From: Gloeomargaritales cyanobacterium VI4D9
GTDB taxonomy: Bacteria; Cyanobacteriota; Cyanobacteriia; Gloeomargaritales; Gloeomargaritaceae
Length of the DNA stretch: 32,000 nt
Direction of reading: 5' to 3'
Assembly: GCA_927797885.1 (NCBI GenBank)
Contig: OV696605.1
Location: 501,157 to 533,156 of the forward strand
This document shows, in pieces, positions 19,158 through 27,203 of this stretch. Made by a program: the position numbers and the translations under genes. A model generated the notes under the pieces. The model worked only from the letters and a program-made list of their open reading frames with translations, did no database searches and was not told the DNA's origin. Position 1 is the first letter of the stretch. Every line of letters starts with the position of its first letter.

Positions 19158-20168
19158 TCATAAAAGTGCCGCCATCCCCATCGCTTTTTGCACCTGTTCG
19201 AGGGTGGTTTGTGCCACCTGATGTGCCCGTTCCCGCCCCTGCCGCAACACCTGATAAAGGTAATCTTTTGCCCCCATCAATTCCTGATAACGGGTTTGCA
19301 AAGGACGCAGATGCTCAATAATCGCTTCCGTTAGTTTGGGCTTAAATTCTCCCCAACCCATGTCTTTCACTTCATTAGCCACAGCGGTTTTTTCCCGTTC
19401 TGTAAAAATTTGATAAAGGGTCAGCAAATTATGGCATTCTGGACGCTCGGGATGGTCAAATTCTAAGCCCTTAATTGGGTCGGTTTTGCAACGTTTAATC
19501 TTTTTCTGAATCACATCCGGCGGGTCAAGTAAGTTAATCCGGCTCATATCGGAGGGGTCGGATTTGGACATTTTGCTGGTGCCGTCGGTCAAACTCATCA
19601 CCCGTGCCCCCGCCGTGCCAATCAGGGGTTCCGGCACTTTCAAAATCGGTGTTTCCGGCGTGGCAAATAGATAATTAAACCTTTGGGCAATGTCCCGGGT
19701 GAGTTCCAAATGCTGTTTTTGATCTTCGCCAACAGGAACCAAATCCGCCTGATACAGCAAAATATCCGCAGCCATCAACACCGGATAATCCAATAACCCC
19801 ACCCCCACATCCTCTCCCTGCTTCAGGGCTTTTTCCTTGAATTGAATCATCCGCTCCAACCAGTTCAAGGGCGTAATGCAATTCAACAACCAAGCCAGTT
19901 GGCTATGGGCAGGTACATGGGATTGGATAAAGATTACACTGTACTGCGGGTCAAGTCCGCAAGCCAAGTACAAAGCCGCCACAGTGTAGGAATTTTGTGC
20001 CAATTCTGCGGGCTGGTAGGGCACGGTCATGGCGTGTAAATCCACCACACAGAAATAGTTTTCCCGCTCCTTTTGCCCCATCACCCAGTTGCGGATAGCA
20101 CCCAGGTAATTGCCGAGATGGAGATTGCCGGTGGGCTGTACCCCCGAAAGCACCCGTCGCCGTTGCAT
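19158..20168 (-). CDS. trpS: Tryptophan--tRNA ligase
   Basis: It has the class I HIGH-type motif SGVQPTGNLHLGNYLG and an exact KMSKS motif. Confidence 0.95.
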   Translation of the reverse strand: MQRRRVLSGVQPTGNLHLGNYLGAIRNWVMGQKERENYFCVVDLHAMTVPYQPAELAQNSYTVAALYLACGLDPQYSVIFIQSHVPAHSQLAWLLNCITPLNWLERMIQFKEKALKQGEDVGVGLLDYPVLMAADILLYQADLVPVGEDQKQHLELTRDIAQRFNYLFATPETPILKVPEPLIGTAGARVMSLTDGTSKMSKSDPSDMSRINLLDPPDVIQKKIKRCKTDPIKGLEFDHPERPECHNLLTLYQIFTEREKTAVANEVKDMGWGEFKPKLTEAIIEHLRPLQTRYQELMGAKDYLYQVLRQGRERAHQVAQTTLEQVQKAMGMAALL

Positions 20169-20272
20169 GACGTTCTCAGAAAATGAAGGCTGAAACCCAT
20201 TGTAAGGGGCGGGGGGATGCCCGGCGGGATTCGTGCTAAAAAGGGAGGGAAGAGGTCAGCGAGTGGGTCGGG

Positions 20273-21190
20273 GTGGGAAATCGCACGCAACATTGGTTTC
20301 GCTTGGCGGTGCAACTGCGGGGGTCGGTGTTGCCACGAATTACCCCCCGGATTGTTTTATTCATGGGCTATAGTGCCCTGATTGTTTTTTCCCGGCAGAT
20401 GGGCTGGAAATTGCCGATCAGTATTTTGGGGGAATTGACCTCAAATGTGGCTTATAATTTGGTACTCGGTCTTTTACTGGTTTTTCGCACGAATAATTCC
20501 TACGACCGCTACTGGGAAGGGCGCAAAGCCTGGGGACAAATTGTGATTTCCCTGCGGAATTTGGCACGCACGATGCAGGTGAGTATCCCGGTGCAAAATG
20601 AACAGGAATGGCAAGCCAAAAAACGGGCATTCCAATTACTCATTGCGTTTCCCATTGCGGTGAAACTGCACCTGCGGGAAAACCCAGACAATCAAGAATT
20701 AACGGATTTCCTCACCCCCTCTGAATGTGCGACCCTTGACCAGGTACCCAATCGCCCAATTTATATCACGCTTTGGTTGCAGGATTATTTGCAAAAACAG
20801 ATGGACTGCCAGCGTGTGGATTCCAACCGTGCCTGGGAATTGGATGATTCGGTTAATCAATTGATTCAGGGTTTAGCTACCTGTGAACGGATTGTGCATA
20901 CCCCCCTGCCGATGGCTTATGTGATTTATTTGAAGCAGTTAATTTTGGTCTATTGCTTAGCGTTACCTTGGGGATTGAAACCGGAGTTGGGCTGGGCAAT
21001 GGTGTTGATTGTGGGCGTGGTGGCATTTATTTTAATGGGGGTGGAGGAATTGGCACGGGAGATTGAAAACCCCTTTGGTTTGGATGTGAATGACTTGCCT
21101 TTGGACGACCTCTGCATCATGATTCGCCGGAGTGTTACCATGATCAGCCAGTTTCAGCCCCCCGTATTCCCTGTTGCCGATGACACCTAA
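20273..21190 (+). CDS. Bestrophin-like (UPF0187/YneE) ion-channel protein, paralog 1
   Basis: The family-typical sequence is [27 protein letters not shown]...ERIVHTPLPMAYVIYL...ENPFGLDVNDLPLD. The start is GTG. Confidence 0.8.
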   Translation: MGNRTQHWFRLAVQLRGSVLPRITPRIVLFMGYSALIVFSRQMGWKLPISILGELTSNVAYNLVLGLLLVFRTNNSYDRYWEGRKAWGQIVISLRNLARTMQVSIPVQNEQEWQAKKRAFQLLIAFPIAVKLHLRENPDNQELTDFLTPSECATLDQVPNRPIYITLWLQDYLQKQMDCQRVDSNRAWELDDSVNQLIQGLATCERIVHTPLPMAYVIYLKQLILVYCLALPWGLKPELGWAMVLIVGVVAFILMGVEELAREIENPFGLDVNDLPLDDLCIMIRRSVTMISQFQPPVFPVADDT

Positions 21191-22148
21191 ATCCCCGCCC
21201 CCGGCGCACATCTGGCTCTGGTTGCGTACCGTGTTGACCCTGCGGGGGTCGGTACTCCCCAACGTTTTACCATTAATAAGTGTATTTACATTATACAGCG
21301 CAGGGATTGTGGCGGCGTGGCAGATGCATTTCCCTTTACCCATCCGTGTCTTTGGGGAATTGACCAACAACGTGGTGTACAACCTGGTGCTGGGGTTACT
21401 GCTCGTCTTTCGCACCAATAGTTCCTACGACCGGTTTTGGGAAGGGCGCAAAGCCTGGGGGGATATTGTGGTGAATGTGCGGAATTTGGCTCGTACCATT
21501 CAACTGTGTATTCCCGTGCAAACGGAGGCGGAATCCCAGCGGCGGCAACGGATTTTACAGATGTTGACCGGGTTTGCGGTGGCGACCAAACTGCATTTGC
21601 GGGAGGTGACGGACAATCAAGAATTAGTGCCCTATTTTAATGCTGATGAATTAACCCAATTGCAACAGAGTCGCAACCGTCCCCTGCAAATTACCCTGTG
21701 GATTCAGGATTATCTCCAGCAGGAATTTCAACAGGAACGGATTGATACGGTGCGATTGCTGGAACTGAACCAATTTCTCAACGCCATTATCCAGGGGTTG
21801 ACCGCCTGCGAACGGATTCGCCAGACCCCCATTCCCCCTGCCTATTTGATTTACCTGCGCCGGTTGATTTTGGTCTATTGTCTCTGTCTGCCCCTGGCGT
21901 TGGTGACCCAATGGGGCTGGTGGACGGTCTTGGTGGTGGGCGTTGTCGGGTTTATCCTGTTTGGGATTGACGAACTGGGGCGGGAAATCGAGGACCCCTT
22001 TGGTTTTGACCCCAACGATTTGCCCCTGGAAGCGATTTGTACTACTTTGGCGGAGAATGTGAATACCATTGCCGGGGTCAATGCCCTTGACAATAAGCCA
22101 CCAGCGCCGCCAACCCCCAGCGATAGCTCGCTACTCCAAACCCACTGA
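21174..22148 (+). CDS. Bestrophin-like (UPF0187/YneE) ion-channel protein, paralog 2
   Basis: It has the same motifs as paralog 1 ([50 protein letters not shown]). Its start overlaps the end of paralog 1 by 17 nt. Confidence 0.8.
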   Translation: MPMTPKSPPPAHIWLWLRTVLTLRGSVLPNVLPLISVFTLYSAGIVAAWQMHFPLPIRVFGELTNNVVYNLVLGLLLVFRTNSSYDRFWEGRKAWGDIVVNVRNLARTIQLCIPVQTEAESQRRQRILQMLTGFAVATKLHLREVTDNQELVPYFNADELTQLQQSRNRPLQITLWIQDYLQQEFQQERIDTVRLLELNQFLNAIIQGLTACERIRQTPIPPAYLIYLRRLILVYCLCLPLALVTQWGWWTVLVVGVVGFILFGIDELGREIEDPFGFDPNDLPLEAICTTLAENVNTIAGVNALDNKPPAPPTPSDSSLLQTH

Positions 22149-22515
22149 TTTGCCCCACCGCCACTGGCGCAATCCAGGAATGATGCCGGTAGGACTCCCG
22201 GGCGTAGATATTGCTCAAATGGACTTCCACCGTGGGAATGCCCGTACCCCGGATCGCATCGGCAATCGCCAAACTGGTGTGGGTGTAGGCTCCCGGATTG
22301 ATCAGCAAACCCTGAAATGTTCCCACCGCCTGGTGAATCCAATCCACCAATACCCCCTCATGGTTGGACTGGCGGCAGGTAATGTTAACCCCTAAATCCT
22401 TAGCCTGAAGCTCTAACTGCTGGTTAATTTCCGCCAGGGATAGGTTGCCATAAATGGTGGGTTCCCGCTGTCCCAGCAGGTTCAAATTGGGACCATGGAG
22501 GACGAGAATCTGCAC
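22078..22515 (-). CDS. aroQ: 3-dehydroquinate dehydratase, type II
   Basis: [23 protein letters not shown]...SNHEG...[16 protein letters not shown] are the type II DHQase signatures. The start is GTG at 22515. Confidence 0.93.
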   Translation of the reverse strand: MQILVLHGPNLNLLGQREPTIYGNLSLAEINQQLELQAKDLGVNITCRQSNHEGVLVDWIHQAVGTFQGLLINPGAYTHTSLAIADAIRGTGIPTVEVHLSNIYARESYRHHSWIAPVAVGQISGFGVASYRWGLAALVAYCQGH

Positions 22516-22628
22516 TAACGGCGGTCGTCCACCGGCACGGGAATCGGCTCCGCTTCGGGCTGGGGACCAAGCAATATATCAATCAAACGTCTCAACCAGT
22601 CTCTTAATTTGGCGAGGATGCTATCCAT
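22515..22628 (-). CDS. Candidate 37-aa micro-ORF translationally coupled to aroQ
   Basis: Hand translation gives [37 protein letters not shown]. Its TAG stop shares one nucleotide with the aroQ GTG (taGtg). It is below the 60-aa cutoff of the ORF track. The N-terminal half is an amphipathic helix and the C-terminal half is Pro/acidic. Confidence 0.35.
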   Translation of the reverse strand: MDSILAKLRDWLRRLIDILLGPQPEAEPIPVPVDDRR

Positions 22629-22774
22629 AACTGTAATTCCCAAAGCGACAGCCCGAAACACCGGTATTTTTTATTATAATCAACAACTACGCAACCGTCA
22701 GGGGCATCCCAATCCCTACCCCTTGGGGCTATGATATTTTGGGATACTTATGACCAGCCGTAGCCGATGGGGTA

Positions 22775-23665
22775 ATGGGTAGCGAATCCACCATTCTGTT
22801 CGCCGACATTAGCGGCAGTACCAAACTCTACGAAACCCTAGGGGACGAAGCGGCTTTGGTGCTGGTGAGCGATTGCTTACAACTTCTGCATCAACTGGGA
22901 CAAAAGTATCAGGGGCAGGTGGTGAAAACCATCGGGGATGAAATCATGATCCGCTTCCCGAATCCTTCCCTGGCGGCGCAGGCGGCTTTTGAGATGCAGG
23001 ATCAGTCCGCCCAATTTTTCCTCAACCGCAAGGTAGTTTCTGGATTGAAGGTCGGATTTAACCACGGCACGGTGATCGAGCAGGAGAACGGGGATGTGTT
23101 TGGGGATGCGGTGAATGTGGCGGCGCGCATGGTGCAACTTGCCAAACGCAACCAAATCCTCACCCCGGTGGAGACGGTGCGCCTCATCGATCCAGGGTTA
23201 CCCCTGCAAAAACGGCTGGTGGAACGTACCCTGGTGCGGGGCAGACAGGAACCGGTGGAAGTCTATGAAATCCTGGTACACGCCTCCGATGCCACTATAG
23301 TGGGTGCCGACATCACCCCGCCGGTCATGCCTCTGCAAGCCCTCCGGTTACGGCTCCAATTTCGGGATCAGGTGCATTATTTGGATGAACAACACCACTC
23401 TGTGAGTTTGGGGCGGGCACCGGATAATGATGTGGTGATTCGCTCGGATCAGGTTTCCCGCCAGCACGGTCGGATTGAATTTCGCCGGGGCAAATTTATC
23501 CTGGTGGATCAAAGTTCCAATGGCACCCACATCCATCCCCAGGGGGAACCCCCGGTGCATATCCGCCGGGATGAATTTATCCTCCAAAAAGAGGGCACGA
23601 TCCACCCCGGTGCTCCCGATACGGAGCCGATTCGCTATCAATGCCTGGTCAGCCGTTTGGGTTGA
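22775..23665 (+). CDS. Class III adenylate/guanylate cyclase with a C-terminal FHA domain
   Basis: The cyclase core is ILFADISGSTKLYE...VKTIGDEIMIRF...GDAVNVAARM. The FHA domain is VSLGRAPDNDVVIRSDQVSRQHGRIEFRRGKFILVDQSSNGTHI. Confidence 0.85.
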   Translation: MGSESTILFADISGSTKLYETLGDEAALVLVSDCLQLLHQLGQKYQGQVVKTIGDEIMIRFPNPSLAAQAAFEMQDQSAQFFLNRKVVSGLKVGFNHGTVIEQENGDVFGDAVNVAARMVQLAKRNQILTPVETVRLIDPGLPLQKRLVERTLVRGRQEPVEVYEILVHASDATIVGADITPPVMPLQALRLRLQFRDQVHYLDEQHHSVSLGRAPDNDVVIRSDQVSRQHGRIEFRRGKFILVDQSSNGTHIHPQGEPPVHIRRDEFILQKEGTIHPGAPDTEPIRYQCLVSRLG

Positions 23666-24477
23666 CAACGGGGGCAGAAATGGCTAGAACGACCGGCGAT
23701 TTTTTGCCGTTGGATCACCGTGCCACAGACCCGACAGGGTTGCCCCGCCCGCCCGTACACCCAGGCTTGGTTCAGATAATGACCGTTCATGCCTTGCACA
23801 TGGCGAAAGTGGGCAAAGGTCGTGCCCCCCGCCTGGATACTGGTTTCTAGGACTTGCAGGATCGCCCGGTGGAGTTGGGCAACCTGGGCAGGGGATAACA
23901 GCGCACTGGGGGTTTGGGGGTCAAGACCGCTCAGGAACAAACATTCATCAGCGTAGATATTCCCCAACCCGGCGATCCAGGTTTGATCTAAAAGGGCGGT
24001 TTTAATCGGACGCTGGGTTCTCTGGCATTTTGGGTAGAGATGTTCCACCGCACAATCCCAGGGTTCCGGTCCCAAGTTCTGCAATCCCGTCACCACCTGG
24101 GTTAAGGCTTCCCCTGGCGCCACCCACCACAACCGCCCAAAGGTGCGCTGGTCCACAAACCGCAGTTCCGATCCGTCCCGGAAAAAAATCCGTGCCCGGG
24201 TGTGTTTGGTCACGGGTTGGGGGGTCGTCAGCCAGAGCAATTGCCCCGTCATGCGGAGGTGCACCACCCACTGACCGCCGTTAGTTAATTTGCCCAATAA
24301 ATACTTGCCCCGTCTCTGCCAATCCTGGAGGACTTGGTGGCGTAAACCGGCTCGGAATTTCTGGGGAGAACCCGCCACACAGTCCGGGCGCAGGAGTTCC
24401 ACCCGGTCAATGGGGAAACCGGAGGTCAGGTTGACCAACCCCCGGCGGATGATTTCGACTTCCGGCAGTTCCGGCAA
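23638..24477 (-). CDS. mutM: Formamidopyrimidine-DNA glycosylase
   Basis: It has the N-terminal MPELPEVE and a C-terminal zinc finger CRVCGTVIQRQKIAGRSSHFCPRCQ. Confidence 0.93.
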   Translation of the reverse strand: MPELPEVEIIRRGLVNLTSGFPIDRVELLRPDCVAGSPQKFRAGLRHQVLQDWQRRGKYLLGKLTNGGQWVVHLRMTGQLLWLTTPQPVTKHTRARIFFRDGSELRFVDQRTFGRLWWVAPGEALTQVVTGLQNLGPEPWDCAVEHLYPKCQRTQRPIKTALLDQTWIAGLGNIYADECLFLSGLDPQTPSALLSPAQVAQLHRAILQVLETSIQAGGTTFAHFRHVQGMNGHYLNQAWVYGRAGQPCRVCGTVIQRQKIAGRSSHFCPRCQPKRLTRH

Positions 24478-24489
24478 GTTAGCGACCCG

Positions 24490-24720
24490 TTATTTACCTT
24501 TTTTCGGGGGCGGTTCCACTTCCACCAGTTCATCCAGGGCAAAATTATTGGTCGCCACCCCGCCCTGTTCGCCGCTGTAGCCGGTGTAATTCACCCGGTC
24601 AAAGCGCACAATCACCGGGTATTTGATCCCGCTTTGATCCACCGACGCCACCGTGCCCACATCCTGATACCAGTAGGACTCTTTGCGGAGAATCCGTACT
24701 TTTGAACCCCGTTGCACCAT
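24490..24720 (-). CDS. psaE: Photosystem I subunit IV (PsaE)
   Basis: [45 protein letters not shown] is canonical PsaE. Confidence 0.95.
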   Translation of the reverse strand: MVQRGSKVRILRKESYWYQDVGTVASVDQSGIKYPVIVRFDRVNYTGYSGEQGGVATNNFALDELVEVEPPPKKGK

Positions 24721-24799
24721 ACTTTCCTCCCATACACAGGCTGTTTTTTAGCTTAAAGCCAGCTTCGCCCCAATGGTAGGGATGGGGTGCTAAGAATTA

Positions 24800-25063
24800 T
24801 TACCAGGTGGGGTCGTGATAGAGGTGAATGGTCAACGTAGCCTCCCCCGCCGGAATCGCAGATAAACAGGCGCGCACCACCTCCGGTTCCGCCCCCGGCT
24901 GAGTTTCCCAGTCCACCACACAGGCATGGCAGGAACCCATCAAACAGCCCGTGGGAATCACCACCCCCGCCCGAGCCGCCACCTGCAAAAGGGGTTCCCC
25001 CTCCGTCGCCGTCACCGTAATATCCTCCGGCAAAAAACGCACCTGCACCGCCATACTGCTCAT
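24800..25063 (-). CDS. Small 2Fe-2S ferredoxin-like protein
   Basis: It has a plant-type cluster motif C-x4-C-x2-C (CLMGSCHAC) plus a downstream Cys (RACLS). It is 87 aa long. Confidence 0.65.
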   Translation of the reverse strand: MSSMAVQVRFLPEDITVTATEGEPLLQVAARAGVVIPTGCLMGSCHACVVDWETQPGAEPEVVRACLSAIPAGEATLTIHLYHDPTW

Positions 25064-25113
25064 GGGTTAAGGGATTGCTGTTCAATTTTAGGCATAATCT
25101 TAAGCATTCCTTG

Positions 25114-25145
25114 CCCATCGGTTTGCCGTTGTCGGTCTAGGCAAG
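25114..25145. repeat. Left copy of the 32-bp direct repeat flanking hicAB
   Basis: cccatcggtttgccgttgtcggtctaggcaag is identical to 25647-25678. It contains the inverted arms ttgcc-N12-ggcaa. Confidence 0.9.
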
Positions 25146-25161
25146 TTTTGCTTAGTGCTTT

Positions 25162-25404
25162 TCATTGATCGCTACTTCTTCCGAGAGCTTGTAACACTTG
25201 CGGTTCTGGTAGTTTTCTCCCCTCCTCCCTATGACTTTCAATTAACAACTCCAAGACTTCCTGCGCGTTCGTCAATGCTTCTTCGTAGGTGTCACCATGG
25301 GTAAAGTAGCTTTGTATGGATGTAGCAAACTCTGGCAATTCTACTAGATAACAATTATCTTCTTCCGACCAGATGATATTGATACGATATTTAGCTGGAA
25401 TCAT
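25162..25404 (-). CDS. hicB: HicB-family antitoxin
   Basis: YRINIIWSEEDNCYLVELPEFATSIQSYFTHGDTYEEALTNAQEVLELLIE is the typical HicB N-domain. Its start overlaps the hicA stop by 4 nt. Confidence 0.8.
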   Translation of the reverse strand: MIPAKYRINIIWSEEDNCYLVELPEFATSIQSYFTHGDTYEEALTNAQEVLELLIESHREEGRKLPEPQVLQALGRSSDQ

Positions 25405-25598
25405 TGCTCTTCCTCCTTGTCTCTAAGTGCTTGCAGTGCCGCTCTAACCAACTTCTCTAAGTAGGGCTTAGCATCTTGGCTATCCTTCCCAGCAATTGTA
25501 ACAGGAAGTTCTGGTAGTGCCTCGTGTATCCAGCGCTCATGACTGCCTCGAATACGCCGACATGCAAAACCTGCTAGCTCTCCAATTTTTTTGGGCAT
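25401..25598 (-). CDS. hicA: HicA-family toxin (short N-terminus)
   Basis: GFACRRIRGSHERWIH fits the HicA G-F-x-x-x-R-x-x-GSH core. It is 65 aa long and lies upstream of hicB, the usual order. Confidence 0.7.
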   Translation of the reverse strand: MPKKIGELAGFACRRIRGSHERWIHEALPELPVTIAGKDSQDAKPYLEKLVRAALQALRDKEEEQ

Positions 25599-25646
25599 TG
25601 ACCGCCACCTTCGGTAAAATCGCCTGGATCAGAAAATATATCTTTC

Positions 25647-25678
25647 CCCATCGGTTTGCCGTTGTCGGTCTAGGCAAG
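25647..25678. repeat. Right copy of the 32-bp direct repeat flanking hicAB
   Basis: It is identical to 25114-25145. The copy-to-copy distance is 533 bp. Confidence 0.9.
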
Positions 25679-25776
25679 ACCGGGAAAGTCCCGTATAGTA
25701 GAACATAGGATCAATATGCTCATCACATACGCTCCAGCAGTACGTTTCACTTATTCTCCGAGGAGTGAAGATTCCC

Positions 25777-26295
25777 ATGAAGCAATTCCTAGTTTTAGCC
25801 TTGGGTGGGTTGGTTGTGGGGGTAGCGACGCCCGCTCAAGCGCAATTTTTTGAAAGTTATCCCAACGGGTTCACCCACTTTACCACTGGACCCAATACCC
25901 TGCCCCTGCAACGGATGTACAACCAAGTGTACTTCGGCAATACGGGCGGCTACTATTACCAGTCCTGGTTGGCGGGGCAGACCCAAACCCTGCTCAATCT
26001 GCACATTGGTCGCCTGAAGACCGCCCCCGGTGGCCCGGAAATTGCGGTGCAGACGGATAGCCGCAATCTGTCCGAGTTGACGGTGAATATCATGGACATC
26101 CAGGGGCAAATTCCCGGCCCGACCTACCGGGTGCAGGATTTCCCCAACCCCTACGCCACCACGTTGTTCAACCTGAATTGCCGTCCGATTGAAACCGGGT
26201 GCGTTCGGGAGGGGGTGTTTTATCCCCCTAGCCCGGCGGTGGAAGTGCCCCAAGAATTTGTCCCACCCCCTGCGCCGATTCGGGGTCGGGGTTAG
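25777..26295 (+). CDS. Exported protein of unknown function
   Basis: It has the signal peptide MKQFLVLALGGLVVGVATPAQA, and AGGAG lies 11 nt upstream of the ATG at 25777. I recognised no family. Confidence 0.6.
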   Translation: MKQFLVLALGGLVVGVATPAQAQFFESYPNGFTHFTTGPNTLPLQRMYNQVYFGNTGGYYYQSWLAGQTQTLLNLHIGRLKTAPGGPEIAVQTDSRNLSELTVNIMDIQGQIPGPTYRVQDFPNPYATTLFNLNCRPIETGCVREGVFYPPSPAVEVPQEFVPPPAPIRGRG

Positions 26296-26335
26296 TTTTA
26301 TCCCTTCAGCGCCGATTCACTCCTCACGTAGTCTG

Positions 26336-26454
26336 TTAAGGGCACTTGATAAAAATAGGTCGCAGGGGCGTAGCCCCCGTCTGTGGTTCTCAATAGTATT
26401 GGCATTCCAGGGAGATAACCTTCTGGTAATGCAAATAAAGAGAGGTGCCCTTAA
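26336..26454. mobile_element. MITE-like chimera: family B termini around a family A core
   Basis: The ends ttaagggcac... and ...gtgcccttaa are inverted. The interior carries ggtcgcaggggcgtagcccccgt...tggttct (the A core) and ttctcaatag, which is shared with 829-838. Confidence 0.55.
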
Positions 26455-26465
26455 TTTCACTAATT

Positions 26466-26705
26466 TCACCATTTTAAGAAGGCGGCGGCGGCTCCCTGCT
26501 CTCGCCGTATTTTGCTGTCTTCTTCAAACCAGGCGATAATCTGGCTGGGGGTGAGGTGCTCCACCGGCACCTGGTAACTTGCGGCGATGTGGATCAGCAG
26601 GCGCAGGGAGGAAATGGTCAACCGGGTGAGGAATTTTTCGTGGGAGGAGAGCAGGGCGGCATCCACCTGGGCGGATTCTTCCAGGGTGAGAAATTGCTCG
26701 TTCAT
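26466..26705 (-). CDS. Hypothetical 79-aa protein coupled to bcp
   Basis: Its ATG overlaps the bcp TGA (ATGA). The protein is helical and non-repetitive. I recognised no family. Confidence 0.55.
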   Translation of the reverse strand: MNEQFLTLEESAQVDAALLSSHEKFLTRLTISSLRLLIHIAASYQVPVEHLTPSQIIAWFEEDSKIRREQGAAAAFLKW

Positions 26706-27157
26706 CGCTTGGCTTTGATCGTGGCAAGGGCTTTGTCCACGTGGGCACGGAAGTCAAACTGGGAATCAAACACCAACCGCACGATTCCCTCCGGGTCAAT
26801 CACATAGGTCACCCGCCCCGGAATTAAGCCAAAGGTAGCCGGTACGCCGTAGGTGCGCCGCAGTTGGTTGTTGGCATCGCTGACCAGGATAAACGGTAAA
26901 TTGTACTTACTTTTGAACCGTTCATGGCTGGGGGTGTCATCGCCGCTGACCCCGATCACCACCGCTCCGGCATTTTGGAATTCCGCATAGCTGTCCCGAA
27001 AGGCGCAGGCTTCGGCGGTGCAACCAGGGGTGTCGTCCTTGGGGTAAAAATACAAAACCACCCACTGCCCCCGAAATTGCTGGAGTGAAACCAATTGCCC
27101 ACTCGTATCCGGCAGTTGCCAATCCGGTGCAGGCTGACCAACGGTGACTTTAGCCAT
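26702..27157 (-). CDS. bcp: Peroxiredoxin, Bcp/PrxQ type
   Basis: QFRGQWVVLYFYPKDDTPGCTAEACAFRD contains the peroxidatic and resolving Cys motif. Confidence 0.92.
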   Translation of the reverse strand: MAKVTVGQPAPDWQLPDTSGQLVSLQQFRGQWVVLYFYPKDDTPGCTAEACAFRDSYAEFQNAGAVVIGVSGDDTPSHERFKSKYNLPFILVSDANNQLRRTYGVPATFGLIPGRVTYVIDPEGIVRLVFDSQFDFRAHVDKALATIKAKR

Positions 27158-27203
27158 GATGGTATTAAGAATTATTACTTAATCTTAGTATAGGTCAAGG
27201 CGG

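Noticed and set aside
22675-22680. Perfect TATAAT hexamer upstream of the cyclase-FHA gene
   Set aside because: No acceptable -35 lies at 17±1 nt, and the hexamer is about 95 nt from the start codon. It could be a real -10 but cannot be supported from sequence alone.
24753-25118. 121-aa Gly-rich ORF overlapping the ferredoxin-like gene
   Set aside because: It is a low-complexity (GGGxGG) translation on the same strand in another frame. The 87-aa frame has a proper C-x4-C-x2-C cluster motif.
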